Shown piece by piece: positions 26,021-35,529 of a stretch of DNA of 64,000 nucleotides; positions within the stretch are counted from its first letter, which is position 1, and every line of letters starts with the position of its first letter. Source of the DNA: Bacteroidales bacterium (GTDB lineage Bacteria; Bacteroidota; Bacteroidia; Bacteroidales; UBA10428); contig JBGSSA010000007.1 of the NCBI GenBank assembly GCA_041737295.1, forward strand, positions 17,653-81,652, read 5' to 3'. The position numbers were made by a program, and so were the translations under genes. Under the pieces are notes generated by a model, which was given only the letters and a program-made list of their open reading frames with translations, searched no databases and was not told where the DNA came from.

Positions 26021-27805
26021 ATGGAACCCAGGAAAATACTGAAAAGCGGTGAATTTCTCGTAAGCGATATTGAATCAAAGGATATATTTATCCCGGAGGA
26101 GATGAATGAGGAACAACTCATGATCGCCCAGACATGCCAGGATTTTCTGGATACCGAGGTGTACCCGAATGCAGATAAGGTGGATAAGCAGGATAGGGAT
26201 CTGATGAAAGATATTCTGAAAAAATCCGGCGATCTCGGCCTCATGGGAATTTCAATTCCGGAAGAATATAATGGATTCGGACAGTCATTTGTTTCCCAGA
26301 TGCTTGCCGCCGAAACCATCGGTGCCGGATATTCTTTTTCGGTGGCTTTCATGGCACATTGCGGTATTGGTACCCTGCCCATTATGTATTATGGCACGGA
26401 AGAACAGCGTGAGAAATATGTGACAAAACTGGCAACCGGTGAATTGCTCGGTGCATATTGCCTTACAGAGCCCGGAGCCGGAAGCGACGCCAATGCCGGT
26501 AAAACAAACGCGAAACTTTCCGAAGACGGAAAACATTATATTCTGAATGGTCAGAAAATGTGGATCACCAATGCCGGATTTGCCGACGTACAGACTGTGT
26601 TTGCCAAGATCGACAATGACAGGGTTCTGAGTGCATTTATTGTTGAGCGTAATTTTCCGGGCGTTGTTATCAGTCCCGATGAGCATAAAATGGGGATCAA
26701 AGGCTCCTCAACGGCGCAGATCTTCTATAATGATGTGAAAGTGCCGGTAGAAAACCTGTTGGGTAAACGCGGTGAGGGATTCCGGATTGCCCTGAGCATC
26801 CTTCATATGGGCAGACTTAAACTGGGCGCCAATGTACTCGGAGCCGCTAAAAAAGCCATTAATGACTCTGTTAAATACGCGAATGAAAGAAAACAGTTTG
26901 GCCTGCTGATTTCCACCTTCGGTGCCATCAAGTACAAAATGGCCCAACAGATAATCCTCACATATGCGGCCGAATCCGCAACCTACAGGGTTAGCAAGGA
27001 TATTGATGACCTGATTGAAAAGTATAAGACCGAAGGATGCGATAAGGGCAGGGCAACTATTGACGGTATAAGTCATTATGCCGTTGAAGCAGCCCTTCTG
27101 AAAGTGTATGGGTCAGAAGTACTCAATTATGTAATTGATGAGGCCGTACAGATACATGGTGGTATGGGTTACTCCGCCGAAATGGCTGTTGAAAAAGGAT
27201 ATCGCGATTCCAGGATCAACCGGATTTTTGAAGGTACCAATGAAATAAACCGGTTGCTTATTGCAGACACCGCGATGAAAAGAGCCATGAAGGGAGATTT
27301 CGATCTGTTCGGCCAGGCTGAAAAGGTATACAATTCACTCCGGGACCTTGGCAATGTCAGAACGAGTGATTTATCCTATTTTGCTGAAAAGAACCATTAC
27401 GTTCAGAATTTCAAAAAGGTAATTCTGGTTGCCATGCATGGGGCATCAAAGAAATTCGAAAAGCAACTTGTTCAGGAACAGGAAGTGATGAATAATATTT
27501 CTGATATCATGGCGGAAACGTATGTTGCCGAATCACTTGCATTACGGGTTCAGAAATCTGAAGGCATGAAAGGTGATGCTGCCTCCAGCCTGTACAGGGA
27601 TATCCTGGATGTATTCGTTTATGATTCCGCAAGCAAGATCCGCAAGTCTGCCCTCGACGCTGTTTATGCATTTGCAGAACCCCAGGAGGCAGTTGTACTG
27701 GCAAAAGCCATTGATACCCTCACCACAGTTGCCGGTGTAAATGTCAAAGCCGCCCGCCGGCGCATTGCCGACAAACTGATAGAGGATAATTCCTATAAGT
27801 TCTGA
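26021..27805 (+). CDS. Acyl-CoA dehydrogenase, long form with VLCAD-like C-terminal extension
   Basis: 594 aa. ACAD core (CLTEPGAGSDA, WITNAG, catalytic-base region RIFEGTNEINR) plus an extra C-terminal domain of about 190 aa. Confidence 0.9.
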   Translation: MEPRKILKSGEFLVSDIESKDIFIPEEMNEEQLMIAQTCQDFLDTEVYPNADKVDKQDRDLMKDILKKSGDLGLMGISIPEEYNGFGQSFVSQMLAAETIGAGYSFSVAFMAHCGIGTLPIMYYGTEEQREKYVTKLATGELLGAYCLTEPGAGSDANAGKTNAKLSEDGKHYILNGQKMWITNAGFADVQTVFAKIDNDRVLSAFIVERNFPGVVISPDEHKMGIKGSSTAQIFYNDVKVPVENLLGKRGEGFRIALSILHMGRLKLGANVLGAAKKAINDSVKYANERKQFGLLISTFGAIKYKMAQQIILTYAAESATYRVSKDIDDLIEKYKTEGCDKGRATIDGISHYAVEAALLKVYGSEVLNYVIDEAVQIHGGMGYSAEMAVEKGYRDSRINRIFEGTNEINRLLIADTAMKRAMKGDFDLFGQAEKVYNSLRDLGNVRTSDLSYFAEKNHYVQNFKKVILVAMHGASKKFEKQLVQEQEVMNNISDIMAETYVAESLALRVQKSEGMKGDAASSLYRDILDVFVYDSASKIRKSALDAVYAFAEPQEAVVLAKAIDTLTTVAGVNVKAARRRIADKLIEDNSYKF

Positions 27806-27832
27806 TACAAACCTTGTAAGGCGTTTTCTTCA

Positions 27833-27899
27833 GCCCTGAAAGGGCGTAATCTGAATAACCGTGGGTGTTAACCCACGGATCGTGGGTGCAAACCCACGG
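27833..27899. terminator. Cluster of three GC hairpins in a convergent intergenic region (gccct-gaa-agggc; ccgtgggt-gtta-acccacgg; cgtgggt-gcaa-acccacg)
   Basis: Direct reading. The last two are tandem copies of the same hairpin unit. No U-tracts. Confidence 0.45.
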
Positions 27900-27908
27900 A
27901 CCCCGAGC

Positions 27909-28649
27909 CTAAAACTTCAGATTGAACCCCGCCGTAAAAGCGTTCTGCATGAGCGCAAACATGCGGGGATCGGGAAAGGTGTAATAGGTATACAAGTATT
28001 TAAACATAAGCCCGTAATAGGGTCCGATCCTGTATTCATATTCCAGTATCCCTGAAATGCCCGGATTTGTTATCATACTGTTCATGCCCACATAATCCTG
28101 GCCATCCACTTCATAATTGGGGCGGTAGGCCAGTCCGATCAACGGCAACCTAAAGCTTAATCCTATCCTGTTCTTCTCATTCAGCGTATACGATATTCTG
28201 CCTGCCGCTTCAAGGTTGGCATTGGCAGTGACATACCTGTCGGGCTGTTCAATTTCGGGAAGATAAGTTGATCCTGTAAGCATCGCAGCCAGGGCACCCC
28301 CGTAAGAAATGGAAAGATTTGAAGGCAATTCCGGTATCCTGTACATTAATGCATAATTCAGAAAAATATAGGAGTTTTTTGCAGAGGGTGAAATTACCGG
28401 ACTTATTTTTCCTTTTGAAAAGCCAAAATTCAGATTTTGAATGTTCTTTGCTTTAAATCTTACATGGGAAAGGTGGAACATCATTTCAGCACCCCGGAAG
28501 GTATACGGAGACTGAAACTGATCTTTAAGTGTTAGTATATCTACACCGGCACTTAAATATAAGGTAGATGTATCCGGGTTGACCTGCGCATACGTGTTAC
28601 CCGCCAGGGATAACAATACCAGAAATATGACAGTTTGTGATGTTCTCAT
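27909..28649 (-). CDS. Putative outer-membrane beta-barrel protein
   Basis: 246 aa. Signal peptide (..GNTYA-QV), alternating amphipathic strands, terminal ...GFNLKF. Its start overlaps the upstream gene's stop by 4 nt. Confidence 0.5.
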   Translation of the reverse strand: MRTSQTVIFLVLLSLAGNTYAQVNPDTSTLYLSAGVDILTLKDQFQSPYTFRGAEMMFHLSHVRFKAKNIQNLNFGFSKGKISPVISPSAKNSYIFLNYALMYRIPELPSNLSISYGGALAAMLTGSTYLPEIEQPDRYVTANANLEAAGRISYTLNEKNRIGLSFRLPLIGLAYRPNYEVDGQDYVGMNSMITNPGISGILEYEYRIGPYYGLMFKYLYTYYTFPDPRMFALMQNAFTAGFNLKF

Positions 28650-29749
28650 TGTATGGCCGGTAAAATGTAATCATTGATCATTCCAATATCCTGAATCCCA
28701 TAGCTGGTATCCTGGTTTCCCTGTGTGAAAATAAGGATCATTTGTTCTGATGGTATCACAAAAATTTCCTGTCCGCCGTTTCCTGAAGCAAAATAAGCAT
28801 TTACCGGACTGCCATTTTTGGTGAATGCCTGCTTCCACCATAGAAATCCATAGCCGGTGTAAGGTCCGGGCAACGTTATAATGTTCTGCATCGATTTCAA
28901 CACCCAATCCTGTGAAAGTACCTGGTCTCCATTCCACATTCCATTATTGAGCATCATAAGACCAATCTTAGCCATGTCCCGCGGTCTCAGAAACAGCTCG
29001 CCGCCACCACCCGAGATTCTTCCGTCACCGGATACTTTCCACTTATAATTTGTAATTCCCAACGGTTCAAAAAGATTCAGGTCCGCAAATTGATCGAGTC
29101 GCATTTCACTTTGATTTTCAATAATTTGTCCCAGCGTCACAACGCCACCGGTACAATAACTTCCATGCGCACCCGGATCATAAACCTGTGGCAGGTCAAG
29201 TGTGAATTTTACCCAGTCACTGCTTTGATTCATGTGAGTTTCCGTATCTGCATACCAGTCGTCGCAATCCAGTCCGGAGCTCATATTCAGAAGGTGCCTG
29301 ATGGTGATTTCGGCTTTTCGCGGATCGGGATTTGCATAACTTGTATATTCAGGAAGAAGCGGAAGGATAATTTCATCGACAGATCCAATCAACCCCTTGT
29401 CAAGGGCAATTCCCGTGAGAATCGACGTTATGCTCTTGGTGGCGGAGTATATGTTATGCGGAACTGATTCTGTATAGCCATGGAAATATTCCTCATACAC
29501 AAGCTTGTTGTTTCTCAGGATGAGCAATCCGTCTATTCTCTTATATTCTTCCCTTATGATTTTATTGGTCATTTCAATGATCAGCGTGGAATCTATGCCT
29601 TCATTCGCCAGGGAAGAAACCTGAAGTTCATTTTCTGCTGAAGGAATGTGGTAGGTATAATTTACGGAGGGGTCGTCGAACTTATTGCAGGTTACAAGGA
29701 ATAAAGTCGTGACGAGCAGAAAAAGTGCAATTCTGTGTTTCATAGGCAT
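28646..29749 (-). CDS. Beta-lactamase-fold serine hydrolase (lipoprotein-like signal)
   Basis: 367 aa. SxxK motif YSATKSITS. PF00144-like layout. The N-terminus LLVTTLFLVTCNK suggests a lipobox. Confidence 0.8.
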   Translation of the reverse strand: MPMKHRIALFLLVTTLFLVTCNKFDDPSVNYTYHIPSAENELQVSSLANEGIDSTLIIEMTNKIIREEYKRIDGLLILRNNKLVYEEYFHGYTESVPHNIYSATKSITSILTGIALDKGLIGSVDEIILPLLPEYTSYANPDPRKAEITIRHLLNMSSGLDCDDWYADTETHMNQSSDWVKFTLDLPQVYDPGAHGSYCTGGVVTLGQIIENQSEMRLDQFADLNLFEPLGITNYKWKVSGDGRISGGGGELFLRPRDMAKIGLMMLNNGMWNGDQVLSQDWVLKSMQNIITLPGPYTGYGFLWWKQAFTKNGSPVNAYFASGNGGQEIFVIPSEQMILIFTQGNQDTSYGIQDIGMINDYILPAIQ

Positions 29750-29896
29750 GAAAGGGATTCTGGTGCAAAGCTAATCGAAAACGGGTAAATTTTACAAAAA
29801 TTGATCATCCGCGATGGTCGAACAATGTGTGAAGCATGCAGGTAAATTATATGTTTTTTTTCGTTACATTCACGATACAATCTTAAACTTTAACGA

Positions 29897-30628
29897 ATGA
29901 AAAAAATTGTCAATCTGACCCTGGTTGTGCTGGTTGCTTTTATGATGCAATCTGCATGTAGTTATGCAGCTAATCCTGAGATCCTTGTATTCACCAAGAC
30001 AAAGGGATTTTTTCACACATCAATACCCATTGGAGCGCAAACCATTATGAAAATTTGTAAGGAAAACGGGATCAGGGTAGATACTACCCGCGACGCTGCT
30101 GCTTTTACAATTGAAAACCTTAAAAAATATAAGGCAATTGTTTTTCTGAATACAACCGGCGATGTGCTTGATAATGCACAACAGGAAGCCTTCATAAAAT
30201 ATATTCAGTCGGGTGGGGGATTTATCGGTGTTCACGCGGCCACTGACACGGAATACGAATGGCCCTGGTATAATAAGCTGGTGGGGGCGTATTTTCTTTC
30301 GCATCCTGCAGAGCAGCAGGAAGCTGTTATTGATGTGGTAGATAAGTCAAATCCTGCCACAGTAATGCTGCCTGAAAAATGGAAACGGACGGATGAGTGG
30401 TATAATTTCAAGAGCATCAGTCCGGATATTAAGGTGCTGGCATATCTCGATGAAAAATCATATAAGGGCGGTGAAAACGGTGAGAAACATCCGTTTATCT
30501 GGTACCAGGAATTCGATGGCGGACGGGCATTCTATACCGGCGTAGGCCACCGTGAAGATAATTATGATGAGCCGCTGGTACAGCAGCATTTGCTGGGAGC
30601 GATTAAATGGGCGGGGAAGATTAAGTGA
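29897..30628 (+). CDS. ThuA-domain protein (secreted)
   Basis: 243 aa. Signal peptide. ILVFTKTKGFFHTSI...VFLNTTGD...GGGFIGVHAA...HPFIWYQEFDGGRAFYTGVGH matches the ThuA-like pattern. Confidence 0.7.
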   Translation: MKKIVNLTLVVLVAFMMQSACSYAANPEILVFTKTKGFFHTSIPIGAQTIMKICKENGIRVDTTRDAAAFTIENLKKYKAIVFLNTTGDVLDNAQQEAFIKYIQSGGGFIGVHAATDTEYEWPWYNKLVGAYFLSHPAEQQEAVIDVVDKSNPATVMLPEKWKRTDEWYNFKSISPDIKVLAYLDEKSYKGGENGEKHPFIWYQEFDGGRAFYTGVGHREDNYDEPLVQQHLLGAIKWAGKIK

Positions 30629-30638
30629 CACACATACT

Positions 30639-30798
30639 CCGGAGATCGTCATTGCGAGTCCACGCAGTGGCCGAAGCAATCTCATGGGATGGAAACGTAT
30701 CCATCCCATGAGATTGCTTCGGATGCTGCGCATCCTCGCAATGACGCTCTCTGGAGATGGTTTCGGATGCTGCGCATCCTCGCAATGACGATCTCTGG
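30639..30798. repeat. Nested palindromic REP/MITE-like element
   Basis: Outer arm ccggagatcgtcattgcgag (30639-30658) is complementary to ctcgcaatgacg(c/a)tctctgg, which is present twice (30735-30754 and 30779-30798). The inner stem is a perfect 22 bp (30672-30693 / 30700-30721). The ggatgc-tgc-gcatcc hairpin occurs twice. Confidence 0.85.
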
Positions 30799-30813
30799 AT
30801 GTAGTTCAGGCAT

Positions 30814-30845
30814 AAAAAACCCCCGCCAACGGCGGGGGGTTTTTT
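30814..30845. terminator. Bidirectional intrinsic terminator (A6-cccccgcc-aac-ggcggggg-T6)
   Basis: 8-bp GC stem flanked by an A-tract and a T-tract. It sits between the convergent ThuA and DUF3467 genes and touches the DUF3467 stop (30844-30846). Confidence 0.85.
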
Positions 30846-31164
30846 ATGCCTGGGCGGAGGGTCCGCCAAAATTCATCGGTATCAGCATGTCGCCTTGCCC
30901 TTCAGCCTGTTTTATGGGCCCGTGAGCTGCTTCATACTTTGCAATATTATCCTTCAGCGCCATGAGCAGCCTTTTGGCATGCTCAGGCGTAAGGATTATC
31001 CTTGATTTCACTTCGGCCTTGGGAACTCCCGGCATGATCCTTACAAAATCCACAATGAATTCCGAGGGAGAATGTGTGATAATCGCCAGGTTTGAATAAA
31101 TACCCTGGGCAATGTCTTCCTTCAGTTCAATGCTGATTTGATTCGGACCTTTCTTTTCTTCCAT
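30844..31164 (-). CDS. DUF3467-domain protein (conserved downstream of rpoC in Bacteroidota)
   Basis: 106 aa. ...IYSNLAIITHSPSEFIVDFVRIMPGVPKAEVKSRIILTPEHAKRLL... Confidence 0.8.
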   Translation of the reverse strand: MEEKKGPNQISIELKEDIAQGIYSNLAIITHSPSEFIVDFVRIMPGVPKAEVKSRIILTPEHAKRLLMALKDNIAKYEAAHGPIKQAEGQGDMLIPMNFGGPSAQA

Positions 31165-31170
31165 AATCCG

Positions 31171-34100
31171 TTAGTTTTGTTCTTCCTTAATGGCCTCGTG
31201 GGTGTATTTCTTTTCCTCGACGAGTTTTTCATACTCTTCCCTGGAACCGACGATCAGATTCGAGAACCTTCTGTTTCCGGTACCTGCAGGGATCAAATGT
31301 CCAACAATCACGTTTTCCTTCAACCCTTCGAGGTAATCAACTTTGCCGAAAATGGCTGCTTCGTTGAGCACCTTGGTGGTTTCCTGGAATGAGGCGGCTG
31401 ACATAAAGCTTTGTGTCTGCAAGGCTGCCCTCGTGATACCCTGTAGGATCTGCTGCGATGTGGCGGGTATGGCATCCCTTGATTTAACCGTTTTCATGTC
31501 CTTCCGTTTCAGCATGGAATTTTCATCCCTGAGTTTGCGGGCAGTGACAATCTGTCCTGGCTTAAAGGTCTGCGAATCACCTGATTCTTCAACTACCTTC
31601 TTGCCAAAGATCCAGTCGTTTTCTTCAAAGAATTCCCACTTGTCAACGAGCTGTTTTTCAAGGAACTTCGTGTCACCCGGATCGATGATCTCAACCTTGC
31701 GCATCATCTGCCGCACTATGACTTCAAAATGCTTGTCGTTGATCTTCACACCCTGGAGGCGGTATACTTCCTGAACTTCGTTTACAATATATTCCTGAAC
31801 CTTTGTGGGGCCCTTGATAGCCAGTATATCCGAAGGTGTTGTTGCACCGTCTGACAGCGGGGTACCTGCTTTCACGTAGTCATTTTCCTGTACGAGGATC
31901 TGTTTTGACAGCGGAACCAGGTATTTCTTCTGCTGGCCGGCTTTTGACGTGATGCTGATTTCACGGTTACCACGTTTTACCTTGCCAAAAGCTACTTCTC
32001 CGTCGATTTCGGAAACAACAGCCGGGTTGGACGGGTTACGGGCTTCGAAAAGCTCGGTTACACGGGGAAGACCACCGGTGATGTCACCTGATTTTCCAAT
32101 GGCACGCGGTATTTTCACCAGGATCTCTCCTGCCTTTACCGGGGCACCTTCTTCAATGCTCAAGTGGGAACCAACGGGAAGGTTATAGGTTTTCAATACC
32201 TGGTCATTTTTGTCAATGATCTCAATACCGGGATTCTTTGTCCTGTCCCTGGTTTCCATGATGACCTTTTCGCGGTATCCGGTTACCTCATCGGATTCTT
32301 CCTTGAAGGTTATCCCTTCAATCACGCTTTCAAACTGTACCTTACCGGGAACTTCCGATATAATTACTGCATTATAGGGATCCCATTCGCAGATAAGGTC
32401 GCCCTTATTTACTTCGGCACCACTCTTTACATAAAGTTTTGCTCCGTACGGAATATTATTGGTAGTCAGCGATATGCCGGTTTTCTTATCAACCAGGCGC
32501 AACTCAGCCAGACGACCGATTACGATGTCATATTTATTTCCGTTCTCTTCTACCCGTTCTACCACCCGCAATTCATCCACTTCAGCGATACCATTGTATT
32601 TTGCCACAATCCTTGATTCGGTTGTGATACTCATGGCGGTTCCTCCAACGTGGAAGGTACGCAGGGTAAGCTGTGTTCCCGGTTCACCGATTGACTGGGC
32701 AGCAATTACGCCGACAGCCTCCCCGTTCTGAACCATACGGCTGGTAGCCAGGTTACGGCCGTAACACTTGGCGCAGACACCCTTACGGGACTCGCATGTC
32801 AGAACCGACCGGATCTCCATGTTTTCGATGGGCGAATCATCAATGTTACGCGCGATAACTTCGTTAATCTGTTCCCCTGAGGTTACGATCAACTCACCCG
32901 TGAGCGGATGGTACACATCATGAACAGCTGTACGTCCTAAAATACGTTCGTATAATGATTCAACGACTTCTTCATTATTCTTGATGGCCGTCGCGATCAG
33001 TCCGCGCAATGTGCCGCAATCTTCCTCACTGATGATCACATCCTGTGACACATCAACCAACCGACGGGTAAGATATCCTGCATCGGCTGTTTTAAGGGCC
33101 GTATCGGCAAGACCCTTACGGGCACCGTGGGTTGATATAAAGTACTCAAGAACAGACAATCCTTCTTTAAAGTTCGAAAGAATCGGATTTTCGATAATTT
33201 CAGAACCGGTTGAACCTGATTTCTGCGGTTTTGCCATAAGTCCCCTCATACCTGACAGCTGCCTGATCTGTTCTTTCGAACCCCTGGCGCCTGAATCAAG
33301 CATCATATAAACCGGGTTGAAGCCTTGTTTATCAGTCGACAACCTTTTCATAAGCGTCTGGGTCAACTTGGCATTCGTATGTGTCCAGATGTCAATGATC
33401 TGGTTATACCGTTCGTTGTTTGTAATGAATCCCATATTATAGTTATTCATTACTTCATCCACCTGTTCATACCCTTCCTTCATCAGATCTTCCTTTTCTT
33501 TAGGAACGATCACGTCATCAAGGTTGAACGACAGTCCGCCCCTGAAAGCCATCTGGAATCCAAGGTCCTTGATGCTGTCGAGGAACCTGGCAGTCTGGGC
33601 AGTACCGGTTTGTTTCAATACATTGCTGATGATCTCACGTAACGACTTCTTGGTGAGGATCTCGTTCAGGAAGCCCACTTCGCGCGGTACAACTTCATTG
33701 AACAGAACCCTGCCAACAGTGGTTTCGATAATTTTCTTAACCGGTTCCCCGCTGCTGTAATCCATTATCCTTACCTTGATGGAGGCATGAAGGTCCACCC
33801 TCTTTTCGTTGTAGGCAATGATCACTTCTTCAGGAGAATAGAAGGTATATCCTTCTCCCTTTATCGGTTGTTCCGGTGTGTTTTTACAGACCTTGGTCAT
33901 GTAATAAAGGCCAAGGACCATATCCTGTGAAGGCACGTTAATAGGCGCACCGTTTGCAGGATTAAGGATGTTGTGTGATGCAAGCATCAGGATCTGGGCT
34001 TCAAGCACGGCACCATTTCCCAGGGGCAAATGAACAGCCATCTGGTCACCGTCAAAGTCGGCGTTGAATGCGGTACATACAAGCGGATGCAGCTGAATGG

Positions 34101-35472
34101 CCTTGCCTTCGATCAGTTTTGGCTGGAAGGCCTGGATACCCAAACGGTGCAGTGTCGGAGCACGGTTAAGCAATACAGGATGGCCTTTCAGCACATTTTC
34201 GAGGATATCCCAAACAACAGGATCCTTGCGGTCAACAATTTTCTTGGCTGATTTTACGGTTTTAACGATACCTCTTTCGATCAGCTTACGGATAATAAAA
34301 GGTTTGTAGAGCTCGGCAGCCATTTCCTTTGGCAACCCGGTCTCATGCAACTGGAGTTCAGGACCTACAACGATCACCGAACGTGCAGAATAGTCAACGC
34401 GTTTTCCGAGCAGGTTCTGACGGAATCGTCCCTGTTTCCCCTTTAAACTATCGCTCAATGATTTTAACGGCCTGTTGGCGTCGGTTTTCACCGCGTTCGA
34501 TTTGCGGGAATTGTCGAACAGGCTGTCCACTGCTTCCTGGAGCATACGTTTCTCATTACGGAGAATGACTTCAGGAGCCTTAATTTCTATAAGTCTTTTT
34601 AACCGGTTGTTCCGGATGATCACACGGCGATACAGGTCATTCAGGTCAGATGTTGCAAACCTGCCGCCATCGAGTGGCACCAGGGGCCTGAGTTCGGGCG
34701 GAATAACCGGCACCACTTTCAGGATCATCCATTCAGGATGGTTGACACCCTTGGAAGCACGGAAAGCCTCAACAACCTGGAGCCTTTTGAGGGCTTCATT
34801 CTTACGTTGCTGTGATGTCTCCGTATTGGCCTTGTGCCTTAATTCATAGGAAAGACCGTCAAGGTCGATGCGCTGCAGCAACTGGTAGAGCGATTCAGCA
34901 CCCATGTTGGCAATGAATTTGTCGGGGTGACTGTCATCTAACAATTGATTTTCCTTTGGCAACGATTCCACGATGTCAAGATATTCCTCTTCGGTCAGAA
35001 AATCAAGGTATTGAACGCCATCCGCAGTTTTAATACCCGGATTAATGACCACATAACGTTCGTAATATATGATGCTGTCCAGTTTTTTGGATGGCAGGCC
35101 GAGCAAATAACCAATCTTGTTTGGCAATGTGCGGAAATACCAGATATGGGCTACCGGAACCACAAGGGAAATATGCCCCATGCGCTCACGACGTACCTTT
35201 TTTTCCGTTACTTCAACACCACAACGGTCGCATACAATACCCTTATACCGGATTCTCTTGTATTTTCCGCAATGGCACTCGTAATCTTTTACCGGACCAA
35301 AAATCCGCTCACAAAACAAACCGTCACGTTCGGGTTTGTACGTTCTGTAATTAATGGTTTCGGGTTTTAACACTTCGCCGCTTGAACGCTCGAGGATTTC
35401 CTCGGGTGAAGCAAGACTGATTGATATTTTGGAGAAGCTCGACTTTACTTTCGTGTCCCTTCTGAATGACAT
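31171..35472 (-). CDS. rpoC: DNA-directed RNA polymerase subunit beta'
   Basis: 1433 aa. Zn-binding CHCGKY..C..CGVEV. Catalytic [12 protein letters not shown]. Confidence 0.98.
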   Translation of the reverse strand: MSFRRDTKVKSSFSKISISLASPEEILERSSGEVLKPETINYRTYKPERDGLFCERIFGPVKDYECHCGKYKRIRYKGIVCDRCGVEVTEKKVRRERMGHISLVVPVAHIWYFRTLPNKIGYLLGLPSKKLDSIIYYERYVVINPGIKTADGVQYLDFLTEEEYLDIVESLPKENQLLDDSHPDKFIANMGAESLYQLLQRIDLDGLSYELRHKANTETSQQRKNEALKRLQVVEAFRASKGVNHPEWMILKVVPVIPPELRPLVPLDGGRFATSDLNDLYRRVIIRNNRLKRLIEIKAPEVILRNEKRMLQEAVDSLFDNSRKSNAVKTDANRPLKSLSDSLKGKQGRFRQNLLGKRVDYSARSVIVVGPELQLHETGLPKEMAAELYKPFIIRKLIERGIVKTVKSAKKIVDRKDPVVWDILENVLKGHPVLLNRAPTLHRLGIQAFQPKLIEGKAIQLHPLVCTAFNADFDGDQMAVHLPLGNGAVLEAQILMLASHNILNPANGAPINVPSQDMVLGLYYMTKVCKNTPEQPIKGEGYTFYSPEEVIIAYNEKRVDLHASIKVRIMDYSSGEPVKKIIETTVGRVLFNEVVPREVGFLNEILTKKSLREIISNVLKQTGTAQTARFLDSIKDLGFQMAFRGGLSFNLDDVIVPKEKEDLMKEGYEQVDEVMNNYNMGFITNNERYNQIIDIWTHTNAKLTQTLMKRLSTDKQGFNPVYMMLDSGARGSKEQIRQLSGMRGLMAKPQKSGSTGSEIIENPILSNFKEGLSVLEYFISTHGARKGLADTALKTADAGYLTRRLVDVSQDVIISEEDCGTLRGLIATAIKNNEEVVESLYERILGRTAVHDVYHPLTGELIVTSGEQINEVIARNIDDSPIENMEIRSVLTCESRKGVCAKCYGRNLATSRMVQNGEAVGVIAAQSIGEPGTQLTLRTFHVGGTAMSITTESRIVAKYNGIAEVDELRVVERVEENGNKYDIVIGRLAELRLVDKKTGISLTTNNIPYGAKLYVKSGAEVNKGDLICEWDPYNAVIISEVPGKVQFESVIEGITFKEESDEVTGYREKVIMETRDRTKNPGIEIIDKNDQVLKTYNLPVGSHLSIEEGAPVKAGEILVKIPRAIGKSGDITGGLPRVTELFEARNPSNPAVVSEIDGEVAFGKVKRGNREISITSKAGQQKKYLVPLSKQILVQENDYVKAGTPLSDGATTPSDILAIKGPTKVQEYIVNEVQEVYRLQGVKINDKHFEVIVRQMMRKVEIIDPGDTKFLEKQLVDKWEFFEENDWIFGKKVVEESGDSQTFKPGQIVTARKLRDENSMLKRKDMKTVKSRDAIPATSQQILQGITRAALQTQSFMSAASFQETTKVLNEAAIFGKVDYLEGLKENVIVGHLIPAGTGNRRFSNLIVGSREEYEKLVEEKKYTHEAIKEEQN

Positions 35473-35529
35473 AGTTGATTCCTCTTGTTAAGTATCTATT
35501 TCCAAAAATGAATGGCTCACATGAGGTGA

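Noticed and set aside
27861-28055. The 64-aa ORF beginning MGVNPRIVGANPRT.
   Set aside because: Its N-terminus is simply the translation of the tandem cgtgggt...acccacg hairpins, and the rest overlaps the 3' end of the minus-strand barrel gene.
30552-30925. Three overlapping 78-82-aa ORFs on both strands.
   Set aside because: They translate the nested palindromic repeat and the terminator. Mirror-image peptides such as HPMRLLR appear on both strands.
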